64,000 nucleotides of DNA from Candidatus Dormiibacterota bacterium (GCA_963701235.1 OY969577.1:26170-90169), one strand, 5' to 3'; shown: positions 18,434-27,039, counted from the stretch's first letter. Numbers and translations: made by a program. The notes: a model not told the origin generated them from the sequence alone.

Positions 18434-18961
18434 ATGACCGACTGGCTCCAAGCCCAAATGTTCGAACGTCGCGTGGTTCTGCTCACTGGTCGCCTCGACG
18501 ACCTCCTGGCCACCGCGCTTGCCACCCAGTTAATGACCTTGGATGGCCTGGGTGACGAGGGCATCCGTCTTCACCTCAACAGCGCCGAGGGAAGTTTGAC
18601 CGCCGCCCTCACCCTGATGGACACCATCTCCGCGCTGGGGGTTCCGGTCGAGGCGATATGCACCGGCCGAGCTGAAGGTCCCGCCCTGGGGGTGCTGGCG
18701 GTTGCGAGTCGTCGGCTGGCAGCGCCGCACTCGAGCCTGCGCCTGCACGATCCGGGGTTGGCTGCCGAGGGAACCGGAGATGCTCTGATCCAGGCCCTGG
18801 AGCAACATCGGCGTCAGCTCGACCGCTTCATCGAGATCGTCGCAGAGGCCACCAGACAGCCGGCCGAACGTGTGGAGGTGGATCTCGGCAGTGGTCGCTA
18901 TCTCGACGCCCAGGAAGCTCTGGACTACCGGCTGATCGATGCCCTCTGGACCAACTCCTGA
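18434..18961 (+). CDS. ClpP-family paralog lacking catalytic Ser and Asp (predicted inactive) and the ClpP N-terminal region
   Basis: 175 aa, colinear with the neighbouring ClpP. The Ser position reads G in GRAEGPALGVL. His is kept in LRLHDP. The Asp position reads G in LGSGRYLDAQEA. About 25 N-terminal residues are missing. Confidence 0.8.
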   Translation: MTDWLQAQMFERRVVLLTGRLDDLLATALATQLMTLDGLGDEGIRLHLNSAEGSLTAALTLMDTISALGVPVEAICTGRAEGPALGVLAVASRRLAAPHSSLRLHDPGLAAEGTGDALIQALEQHRRQLDRFIEIVAEATRQPAERVEVDLGSGRYLDAQEALDYRLIDALWTNS

Positions 18962-19038
18962 GGACATCGGCGGAGCTTCAATCGCGCTCCGAACCCCAAA
19001 GGTAGATTGAGATCCAACCTCACTCATGGCGACGTTGG

Positions 19039-19076
19039 TTTTGAGATCGCCGCACATCGTTTCGAGATCGCGGCGC
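19039..19076. repeat. Two 17-nt direct repeats, 21-nt period
   Basis: TTTTGAGATCGCCGCAC (19039..19055) and TTTCGAGATCGCGGCGC (19060..19076) are 14/17 identical. They lie in a 417-nt gap with no convincing ORF. Confidence 0.5.
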
Positions 19077-19378
19077 AGGTGATGGTACGGAAGCGGACCG
19101 ACTTCTTTTGGTGATCGACCCTAACTTCCTCGACGCGGAGGCGTCTCCACTTCCGCAAATCTCCTTCCCTTCGACAGCCCCGGAGAGGCGTGACGGCTTC
19201 TCGAGCGATCTGAGGAGCCGTCACCCCCGGGGTGACGAATTTGAGCCGAAGCTCTCTAATTTGCGGGCGGCCTACTGGTGTCTCGATGAGAACGGCGGGA
19301 CGTCAGGCCACCAGGTAGGGTCTCCCGAGCTAGCGGCGTATCCGCCAGGAAATCTCAGTGGACTGCAGGCTCGAGGGG

Positions 19379-20122
19379 CTACTGTCTCGCCGCCGCAAAT
19401 ACGGGAGGCCCCGTGACCTTATCTAGCTCGCTCTTGATGATGCGGTAACACTCGCAGGAGACGTTCTCCAACCCGTGCCTGTCGATGATCTCCACATGGC
19501 CTCGGTGGTAAAGGATCAGCCCTGCCTTCTGGAGTTGACCGGCCGAGAGGGTGACCGTTGCCCGGCGCGACCCCAGCATTTGAGCCAGAAACTCCTGAGT
19601 GATGATGAACTTGTCGGCGCCCACCCGGTCATGGCTCATGAGCAGCCACCGACTCAATCGCTCCTCATTGGTATGCAGCCGGTTGCATGCGGCCGCTTGG
19701 GAAATCTGGCCGAAGAGTGCGAGCACGTATGTCTGGACCAGTTGCTCGATCGCGGGGCTCGCAGCCGCCGCGTCGCGGAAAGCCTCCACCGACATGGTGA
19801 GGCAGCGGCCCGCGACCTGCGATATGGCACGAACTGCCAATGCTCCCCCGGGAATGCTCGGCACTCCGACTAGGCCCTCATTGCCAATAGTCGCGACCTC
19901 GACGATCGCCCCGTCCTCGAGCGGCGTGACCAAGGAAATAACCCCGTCCAATGGGAAGTAGACCGCGTCCACCACTTCGCCGGGCTCGAACAGCACCGTT
20001 TTCACTCTCAGAAAGACAGGGGAGAGCTTGGCGTTCAGGGCCGCCCGATCATCGGCCGGTAGCCGATCCAGGATCCGGTTACCCTGCACCCCATTGCTGT
20101 ATCCGTTGCCACTTTCGAGCAT
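19379..20122 (-). CDS. Crp/Fnr family transcriptional regulator
   Basis: cNMP-binding-like N-terminal half (FEPGEVVDAVYFPLDGVISLV) and a C-terminal HTH (ITQEFLAQMLGSRRATVTLSAGQL). No N-terminal Cys cluster. The tracked ORF extends to 20167. Confidence 0.85.
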   Translation of the reverse strand: MLESGNGYSNGVQGNRILDRLPADDRAALNAKLSPVFLRVKTVLFEPGEVVDAVYFPLDGVISLVTPLEDGAIVEVATIGNEGLVGVPSIPGGALAVRAISQVAGRCLTMSVEAFRDAAAASPAIEQLVQTYVLALFGQISQAAACNRLHTNEERLSRWLLMSHDRVGADKFIITQEFLAQMLGSRRATVTLSAGQLQKAGLILYHRGHVEIIDRHGLENVSCECYRIIKSELDKVTGPPVFAAARQ

Positions 20123-20422
20123 GATCCGTGCCTCTACGTCCCTTCGCTCGGCTCTGCCTTCGCCCAAAGGTCATGGAACCGAGATGGCGCGCTCCGAGAG
20201 CCATTCTACCCCTAGAAACGGGAGATGGTCGTTCATATGGAAGGCCTCGCCGGGCCCGTCGGGCGGCGGCGCCTGGCCGCTCAGGCCGCGCCCCGGCGAG
20301 TTGCCTCGATGCCAAGACCGGCTGGACACCGATCCCAACTAGCCTGAGGAGGTGCCAGTCTCCCACCGTTGGCGCCGCGCGCCTTGGCCGGCGATGGCGA
20401 GGCTGCTACGACGGGAGCGGGC

Positions 20423-21436
20423 ATGACCGGCTGGCGGGCTAGGCTGCGCTCTGGCCTCCCATACGTACTCGGCATGGGCGTCATCATCGCCCTGGTGCTG
20501 GCGGTGAACCCCAGCCGCTTCGCGTTTGCGGCGAGTCGGTTCGATCCCGTCTACGCGCCCCTGGTCGCGGCGCTCTCGCTCAGCTACTACCTGCTCCAGG
20601 GAATCCGTTGGCAGCCGCTGCTCCGGGCCGTGGGAGTGCGCCTGCGTTTGCGAGACACCCTGGTGCTCAACTTCGCCGGACAGGCTGCCGGGTTGCTTCC
20701 TGCCGGTGAGTTGACCCGCGCCGTCCTGGTGAGTGAGGTCGCCAAGGTTGAGGTGGGAAAGGCGACTGCAACCATCACGGTCCAGGAGCTCATTTACACC
20801 GTCCTGCTGATCGCCGCGGCGGTTCCCGGGGCATTCCAACGAACCATCGCAGCGATCGGGGTCTCACTCGCACTAGTTGTGGTAATCGCGGTCACGGCTG
20901 TCCTCACGCTGCACCGGCTGTTCGAGAAAATCGCCGCCGGTGTGGCAAAGGTGCCGCTGCTGCGCCGCTTCGTGCCCGACCTGCTGGAGTTGCAGCGGCA
21001 GACAGTGAACCTGCTGCGACGCTGGGACACGCTCTACTGGACGCCTTTGAGCGCGCTCCAGGTGGCGGTAACCATCACCATGTTCTGGTTAGTGATACAG
21101 GCGCTGGACCCAGGCCGTGTGAGCTGGGCCACGGCCGCCTTCGCGTATGGAGTCGCCGGCGTCGCCGGCGCCCTCTCGTTAGGACCCGGCGGTCTCGGCG
21201 GGTTCGAGGCGGCCGGGGTCGGCATGCTCATCGTCGTCGGGGTTCCTTTCCAGATCGCGGTGGCCGCTACCGTCTTGCAGCGAATTGCCGACAAGGGACT
21301 GGCCACGGGGTATGGGGCAATCTTCTACATCTACGCCCGACGACATTACCAACTCAAAAACGCCCGGGTGGTTAGGCACCAGCGAAGGCGCACTCACGGC
21401 CCGAGTCGCGGAAGGAGCGCAAAGCGTAAGTCCTAA
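20423..21436 (+). CDS. Flippase-like / LPG-synthase-TM (UPF0104) family membrane protein, copy A
   Basis: YYLLQGIRWQPLLRAVGVRLRLRDTLVLNFAG motif and multiple TM segments. The ATG at 20423 is preceded by GGGAG. Confidence 0.8.
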   Translation: MTGWRARLRSGLPYVLGMGVIIALVLAVNPSRFAFAASRFDPVYAPLVAALSLSYYLLQGIRWQPLLRAVGVRLRLRDTLVLNFAGQAAGLLPAGELTRAVLVSEVAKVEVGKATATITVQELIYTVLLIAAAVPGAFQRTIAAIGVSLALVVVIAVTAVLTLHRLFEKIAAGVAKVPLLRRFVPDLLELQRQTVNLLRRWDTLYWTPLSALQVAVTITMFWLVIQALDPGRVSWATAAFAYGVAGVAGALSLGPGGLGGFEAAGVGMLIVVGVPFQIAVAATVLQRIADKGLATGYGAIFYIYARRHYQLKNARVVRHQRRRTHGPSRGRSAKRKS

Positions 21437-21443
21437 TCGCTAT

Positions 21444-21662
21444 CTAGCCCACCGAAAGTTTGACTTCGATGTTGCCTCTAGTGGCGTTACTGTAAGGGCA
21501 GACTTGGTGCGCCTCTTCGACAAGTTCTCCAGCGACTCCCGCTTCGACACAGTTGGAATCTCGGCGTTGCTCAGTTAGGCAGACTAGAAGATCGGCGGAC
21601 AGTGGAGTCGGTCCGCTATCGGGCTGGGAGTCGCGGGACGCGTATGTGACCAGCTTAGGCAC
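21444..21662 (-). pseudogene. Remnant of an Ohr/OsmC-family organic hydroperoxide resistance gene (C-terminal part only)
   Basis: Ends in [27 protein letters not shown], the hallmark Ohr C-terminus. Only ~72 codons are open, with a GTG start and an in-frame stop 2 codons upstream. Ohr proteins are about 140 aa, and the upstream space is occupied by the end of the next gene. Confidence 0.6.
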
Positions 21663-21700
21663 GGTCTTTCATCAAAACTGGTGTGCCGACTGGGCGGCAG

Positions 21701-22681
21701 CTATGCGGTCTGTGAGGCCCGAGAAGCAGGCGCTCGCGCCACAAGCTGGAACCTCCCGCCCAAGCGAAGTCGCTTGTGGATGAGAGCGTAGGCACCCAAG
21801 CCCAAGACGAGGGAGAGGCCAGTGATTAGAACTCGCTGGACGATGGCCGCGGCGCCGGCAACTCCACGAGTCAGGCCCAACAACACCAGAGTCGCGGCCA
21901 CTGTCGCCTCGTTGGCGCCAACCCCACCAGGTAGAAGGCTCACTGCTCCGCCAATGGTGGATAGCGCTAGCACGAAGGCCGCCTGCCACCAACCGAAGTG
22001 ATTGGCACCCAGCGCGTGCAGTATCAGCCAGAACGAGGTGATGGCGGAGACTACCCGAGCTGCGTCGAGAACCCAGAGGGCGCGGGCGTCACGATGGTGA
22101 AGCAGCCTAACAGTCTCCTCCTGCAACTCGTCGATCACGGGCAACAACTTGCTCAGGAAGGGGATGTGCGCAATCAAACTGTGGATACGACAGAAAATCG
22201 GAGACACAGTCAGTATCACAATGATCCCCGCGATGCCAATGATCACGGAGATCACCGCTGTCAGCCCATAGCCCAGCGTCAGCACGGTGGGCAGCCCTAA
22301 GAGAATCAGAACCAGGGTGTACGTCAGCTCTTGAAAGGTAACGGTGGCAGCAACAGTGCCAAAGTCTGTGCCACCAGCGGTACTCGCAAAGGCGGCTCTG
22401 GTCAGGTCCCCCAGAGGCAGGATGGCGGTGATGGTCTGGCCCGCCATGTTGACAAGAATCGTGTCGCGTAGGCGCAACTTGGTCCCTGCATCCCGGAGTA
22501 GGAAGTGCCAGCGGATCCCTTGCAGGAGATAAACCAATAGCGACAGGGCAAGGATCGGGATGATCAACACCAGCCGAAAGTGGGTCATGGCGGCGCCGAC
22601 CCGCTCGGGATTGAGGAATAAGACCACCCCAGCGATCAGCACTAACCCCAGCGCACCGGTAAGTACGTGCCGGACAGTCAT
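21701..22681 (-). CDS. Flippase-like / LPG-synthase-TM (UPF0104) family membrane protein, copy B (lower GC)
   Basis: Paralog of copy A (VYLLQGIRWHFLLRDAGTKLRLRDTILVNMAG). Convergent with copy A. ATG at 22681. Hand-counted lines 22141..22260 are 48-53% GC. Confidence 0.8.
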   Translation of the reverse strand: MTVRHVLTGALGLVLIAGVVLFLNPERVGAAMTHFRLVLIIPILALSLLVYLLQGIRWHFLLRDAGTKLRLRDTILVNMAGQTITAILPLGDLTRAAFASTAGGTDFGTVAATVTFQELTYTLVLILLGLPTVLTLGYGLTAVISVIIGIAGIIVILTVSPIFCRIHSLIAHIPFLSKLLPVIDELQEETVRLLHHRDARALWVLDAARVVSAITSFWLILHALGANHFGWWQAAFVLALSTIGGAVSLLPGGVGANEATVAATLVLLGLTRGVAGAAAIVQRVLITGLSLVLGLGAYALIHKRLRLGGRFQLVARAPASRASQTA

Positions 22682-23027
22682 CTTCACCGTGGTCCCAAAT
22701 GAATGCACGGCCGACGGGGCATATTGCGGATGCGATTCGGACGGTTGCTGGCGACGCAAGCCGTACTGCCCATCCCCTGCGAGGAAGGATCGGAGCCAGG
22801 CCAGCTCAGAACCAGCACACTATGTTTGGGCCTCGATTGCGCACGCCTCGCCTCCACATCGCGATCATCGCATTGACGCCCGATGAGCTCCCATTGCCAA
22901 CCTGAGGCCAGCTTCATCGGCGACCGCAGCGCTAGCACCGAAAGAAGGTCCTCTTCAGCCGCTACCATGCCCTCCTGTCGCCCGAGCATCTCGAGGTACC
23001 GCCACGACGCTGCCTGTCGAACCCCCC

Positions 23028-24092
23028 GTGTCACCGATGCTCGCCAAGCTGTCCCGCGAACTTCCGATCAGCCAGGACCTGATCTACGAGCCAAAGTGGG
23101 ACGGCTTCCGCTGTGTGATCTTCCGAGAGCAGGACCGGCTTGAGCTGACCAGCCGTAATGAGCGTCCCCTCACCCGCTACTTCCCCGAATTGGCCGAACC
23201 CCTACTCCGCGCTCTCCCCTCTCGCTGCGTGGTGGACGGGGAAGTGGTTATCGCCGGTCTCAAGGGCCTCGATTTTGATGCCTTGCTCCAGCGAATCCAT
23301 CCGGCCGACTCGCGCGTGAACCAATTGGCGGCGCTGACCCCGGCGTCGTTCGTCGCCTTCGACCTCCTTGCCCTGGAGGATCGCGACCTCCGAAACCTGC
23401 CCTTCGCCGAGCGCCGACGTCTCTTGGAGTCGGCCCTGGCCGCCGACCCCCAGGTCCGGGTGACGCCAGCGACCCGCGACCCCAAGCAAGCCCAGGAGTG
23501 GTTTCAGAGATTCGAGGGCGCGGGGCTGGATGGAGTGGTGGCGAAGTCGGAGACGCTCCTCTATCTCGAAGGTCAGCGGGTGATGCTGAAGGTGAAGCAC
23601 CAGCGCACGGCGGATTGCGTGGTTGGCGGCTTCCGCTGGCACGCCAACGAGGACACCGTGGGTTCGCTGCTCCTCGGGCTCTATGACGATTCGACCACGC
23701 TGCAACACGTCGGAGTCAGCGCCTCCTTCACGGCGCAGCGGCGCCGGGAACTGGTGGCCGAGCTCGAGCCCCACCGGGCCCTGGGGGAGGCGGGTCAGCA
23801 TCCTTGGCTGAACTGGGCTGAAGCCGAAACATCGGACCGGCGCCCAGGAACGCCCAGTCGCTGGACCGGCAAGCGAGACCTCTCATTCGTCCCACTTCGG
23901 CCCGAGCTGGTGTGCGAGGTCGCCTACGACCATCTTCAAGGCGACCGCTTCCGGCACGCCACCACGTTCATGCGCTGGCGGCCAGACCGTGCTCCCCGCT
24001 CCTGCACCTACCGCCAGCTGGAGGTGACCGTGCCCGCTGAGGTGGCGGAGATCTTCGTGGATGGCACCTCCAAGTTGACCGATCGCAGCTGA
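23028..24092 (+). CDS. ligC: ATP-dependent DNA ligase, LigC-type (~350 aa)
   Basis: Adenylation motif EPKWDGFRC (KxDG). The size and the SPMLAK N-terminus are typical of stand-alone LigC/LigD ligase domains. An alternative ATG lies at 23037. Confidence 0.9.
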   Translation: MSPMLAKLSRELPISQDLIYEPKWDGFRCVIFREQDRLELTSRNERPLTRYFPELAEPLLRALPSRCVVDGEVVIAGLKGLDFDALLQRIHPADSRVNQLAALTPASFVAFDLLALEDRDLRNLPFAERRRLLESALAADPQVRVTPATRDPKQAQEWFQRFEGAGLDGVVAKSETLLYLEGQRVMLKVKHQRTADCVVGGFRWHANEDTVGSLLLGLYDDSTTLQHVGVSASFTAQRRRELVAELEPHRALGEAGQHPWLNWAEAETSDRRPGTPSRWTGKRDLSFVPLRPELVCEVAYDHLQGDRFRHATTFMRWRPDRAPRSCTYRQLEVTVPAEVAEIFVDGTSKLTDRS

Positions 24093-24111
24093 AGCCGAAA
24101 CCGAGGACTCC

Positions 24112-25131
24112 CTAGCTGGCGGCCACGGCGCGAGTCCAGTCCAGCAGCTGATCCACCGACCAGGCGTTGATGACCCGGCCATCCGGGACCCCACCATCAG
24201 CCGCCTGCTGGCAGCCCCGCCGCAGCCACTCGAGCTGTCCCGGGGCATGGGCATCGGTGTCAATTGCGAACATGCAGCCGCTGGCCACTGCCGATTCCAG
24301 CATCTCTTTCGGTGGGTCTTGTCGCTCGGGGCGAGAGTTGATCTCCACCGCCGTCTTGGAGCGGACGCAGGCGGCCAGCACGGCAGCAAGGTCAAACGCC
24401 GACTGAGGCCGCTGCCGGCCCTGGATGAGTCGACCGGTCAGGTGCCCCAGCAAATCGGTGTTGGGATCGCTGACCGCGGTCACCATCCGCAGCGTCATCT
24501 CCTTCTCTTCCATCCGCAGCTTGGAGTGGACGCTGGCCACCACCAAGTCGAGCTGGCCCAGCAGCTCCGGCTCTTGGTCCAGGCTGCCGTCGTCGAGGAT
24601 GTCGACCTCGATCCCGGTCATGATTCGGAACGGGTGCAGCTCCTGGTTGAGCCGCGCCACCTCGGCGAGCTGGTTCCTCAGCCGGTCCACCGAGAGACCA
24701 CGGGCCACCGTCAGCCGGGGGCTGTGGTCGGTCAGCACCATGTAGTGGTGGCCCAGCGCGATGGCCGCCAAGGCCATGTCCTCGATGGGGCTACCTCCGT
24801 CCGACCAATCGGAGTGGGTGTGACAGTCGCCCTGGAGCTGATTCCGAATCGCGGCGGCCCTTCCCTCCAGGGGCGGAGGAACTTCGGCCTCGAGGCTGGT
24901 CAGATAGCTGGATGTCCCTCGATCGAGGGTCTCGACCACCGCCCGGGCGGTTGTCTCCCCAACCTGGGGTAAGGACGTCACGCGACCGCTCGAGCGCAGC
25001 TCCTTCAAACGTTGCATTGGCGTCTCCGCGACAACCTGGGCAGCTCGCCGGAAGGCTCTGACGCGGTACACCTCAGCTCCCTGCGCCTCCAGCAGGTAGG
25101 CGATCCGGTTGAGGGCTTCCGCGGGCTCCAT
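24112..25131 (-). CDS. HhH (PolX 8-kDa-like) + PHP phosphoesterase domain protein lacking a polymerase core
   Basis: The N-terminus ALNRIAYLLEAQGAEVYRVRAFRRAAQ..LPQVGETTA resembles the PolX 8-kDa/HhH domain. It is followed directly by PHP motifs CHTHSDWSDG, LTDHS, GIEVD, ASVHS, LGHL and IDTDAH. Confidence 0.85.
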   Translation of the reverse strand: MEPAEALNRIAYLLEAQGAEVYRVRAFRRAAQVVAETPMQRLKELRSSGRVTSLPQVGETTARAVVETLDRGTSSYLTSLEAEVPPPLEGRAAAIRNQLQGDCHTHSDWSDGGSPIEDMALAAIALGHHYMVLTDHSPRLTVARGLSVDRLRNQLAEVARLNQELHPFRIMTGIEVDILDDGSLDQEPELLGQLDLVVASVHSKLRMEEKEMTLRMVTAVSDPNTDLLGHLTGRLIQGRQRPQSAFDLAAVLAACVRSKTAVEINSRPERQDPPKEMLESAVASGCMFAIDTDAHAPGQLEWLRRGCQQAADGGVPDGRVINAWSVDQLLDWTRAVAAS

Positions 25132-25259
25132 GCCCCCACCATTGGCGACGCGCCTTCGCGGTGTCAAGGTGGGAGAGCCCGCCACCTCGTCGCCGCCGTT
25201 GCGATCGTCGATCAGCCGCTGGCCACCACGCCCTCCCCGCGGTCTGGCACCATCCCCCC

Positions 25260-26276
25260 ATGGCAGCCAAGACCCCGCCTGCCCGGATTGAGGTTGACGG
25301 CCGCGTGCTGGAGATCTCGAATCCCGACAAGGTCTTCTTCGCGGCCCGAGGCGAGACCAAGTTGGACCTGGTCCGCTATTACCTGGCGGTGGGGGAGGGA
25401 GTCATGAAGGGGGTCAGGGAGAGGCCCACCGTTCTGAAACGGTTCCCGAACGGCGCCGAGGGCCCGTTCTTCTTCCAGAAGCGGGTACCCGAGAACCGTC
25501 CCGAGTGGCTCCAAACCGTGACCATCCACTTTCCCAGTGGGCGCAGCGCCGAGGAACTCTGCCCCACCGACGTGGCGCACGTGATCTGGGCCGTCAACCT
25601 GGGCTGTTTGGAGCTCAATCCCTGGCCCGTGCGGCGAGCCGACGTCGATCATCCGGACGAGCTCCGGGTCGATCTCGACCCACAGCCGGGGGTTACCTTC
25701 GATTCGGTGCGGAAGGTGGCGATGGAGGTCCGGCAGGTGCTGGGCGAGCATCAGTTGGTGGGCTTCCCCAAGACCTCCGGTTCCCGGGGAATCCACATCA
25801 ACGTACCGATCGCACCGCGCTGGGAGTTCGACCAGGTCCGCAGGGCAGCACTGGTCCTGGCGCGCGAGATGCAGCGGCGACTGCCAGATCTGGCCACCTC
25901 TGCGTGGTGGAAGGAGCAGCGCGGCCAGCGAATTCTGGTCGACTACAACCAAAATGCCCGGGACCGGACCGTAGCTTCGGCCTACTCGGTGAGACCCAAG
26001 CCCGATGCCCCCGTCTCATGCCCCCTCACCTGGGACGAGGTGCCGAACGTGGAGCCGTCCGACTTCACACTAGCCAGCGTGCCAAGGCGTTTTCAGACCA
26101 TCGGCGATCCCGGCGCCGGCATCGATGACGAGCGGGGCAGCTTGGACTCACTGTTGGAGTTGGCAGCCCGTGACGAGGCATCCGGGATGGGTGACGCACC
26201 ATGGCCGCCGCAGTTCGCCAAGCGGCCTGGAGAGCCGACTCGCGTGGCGCCCAGCCGCGCTAAAAAGGAGCGCTGA
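25260..26276 (+). CDS. LigD-type polymerase/primase domain protein (Prim-Pol)
   Basis: IEVDGRVLEISNPDKVFF..TKLDLVRYY..ERPTVLKRFPNG is typical of the LigD Pol domain/Prim-PolC. ATG at 25260 within tracked ORF 25161..26276. Confidence 0.9.
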   Translation: MAAKTPPARIEVDGRVLEISNPDKVFFAARGETKLDLVRYYLAVGEGVMKGVRERPTVLKRFPNGAEGPFFFQKRVPENRPEWLQTVTIHFPSGRSAEELCPTDVAHVIWAVNLGCLELNPWPVRRADVDHPDELRVDLDPQPGVTFDSVRKVAMEVRQVLGEHQLVGFPKTSGSRGIHINVPIAPRWEFDQVRRAALVLAREMQRRLPDLATSAWWKEQRGQRILVDYNQNARDRTVASAYSVRPKPDAPVSCPLTWDEVPNVEPSDFTLASVPRRFQTIGDPGAGIDDERGSLDSLLELAARDEASGMGDAPWPPQFAKRPGEPTRVAPSRAKKER

Positions 26277-26318
26277 AGCTCGCTCCCCTCGAGGGCAGGA
26301 GGCGCGGCGGGCGGCGGC

Positions 26319-26573
26319 TCAGCTGGGATTGCTTCGAAGACGTCGCAGCGGCGGGGAGGTGAGCGGAGGGCGCTGTCGGGGTGGCAACTCCGCCAACAAG
26401 TCGAACGTCGCTAGGGCAACTCTCTGGACGGCCTTTTCGAATGCCTCCTCGGTACGCGCAGAGGCCGAGTGCACTCCGCTGACCTTGCGTACGAATTGGC
26501 GGGCGGCCTCCGCGATCTCCTGTTCCGTAGCTGCCGGCTGCAAGCCTCGAAGCATCGTGATGTTGCGGCACAT
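26319..26573 (-). CDS. DUF2277 family protein
   Basis: 84 aa. MCRNITMLRGLQPAATEQEIAEAARQFVRKVSG matches the remembered DUF2277 N-terminus. Confidence 0.7.
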   Translation of the reverse strand: MCRNITMLRGLQPAATEQEIAEAARQFVRKVSGVHSASARTEEAFEKAVQRVALATFDLLAELPPRQRPPLTSPPLRRLRSNPS

Positions 26574-26685
26574 GGGGTCGATGCTACGCGTCGCCCGCGC
26601 CAGCGACCCGCTGGAGCCGGCAGGTCCCGCCGTCCGTCCTCGGCCGGTGCCCCGGTCCCGAAGCGAGCTCGAGGGACACGACCGC

Positions 26686-27039
26686 TCAGTCTCGGTCCTG
26701 ATTCACCGCCGCTTCCTCTGCTGGGAGATCGCCATCTTCATCAGCGTCCCCGTCAACGCTGGCGTACGGCTCTTCTCCGTCCTCTTCGGCAAGCTCCATT
26801 CCTGCCCGGACCGGGTGGCCAATACGGTCCGGAACTTCCGCGGCCAGACGTTCCTCGAGCGTATCTGCCTCGCCCAGCTCTATACGCTGTTGGAGAGTCA
26901 CGTCACGTGGGTTGTCCTCGTCACCCAAGACCTCCGCCGGGTCGGGTTCCTCATAGCCGGGCAAGACGTCGCTGTCGGCTGGGGCATCGTTCCATGGCAT
27001 GTCCTCGTCCGTCGGCCCCGCTCCTGATCGCTGGCCCAT
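26686..27039 (-). CDS. Highly acidic small protein (DUF5709-like by recollection)
   Basis: ATG at 27039 is preceded by GAGGTGAAAGG. 117 aa, rich in D/E (DEDMPWNDAPADSDVLPGYEEPDPAE). Confidence 0.5.
   Translation of the reverse strand: MGQRSGAGPTDEDMPWNDAPADSDVLPGYEEPDPAEVLGDEDNPRDVTLQQRIELGEADTLEERLAAEVPDRIGHPVRAGMELAEEDGEEPYASVDGDADEDGDLPAEEAAVNQDRD

Noticed and set aside
19240-19340. A possible VapC/PIN toxin remnant (YLVA*RPAVLIET) on the minus strand.
   Set aside because: The similarity is only a few residues, is interrupted by stops, and has no antitoxin partner. I kept it only as a remark inside the gap finding.
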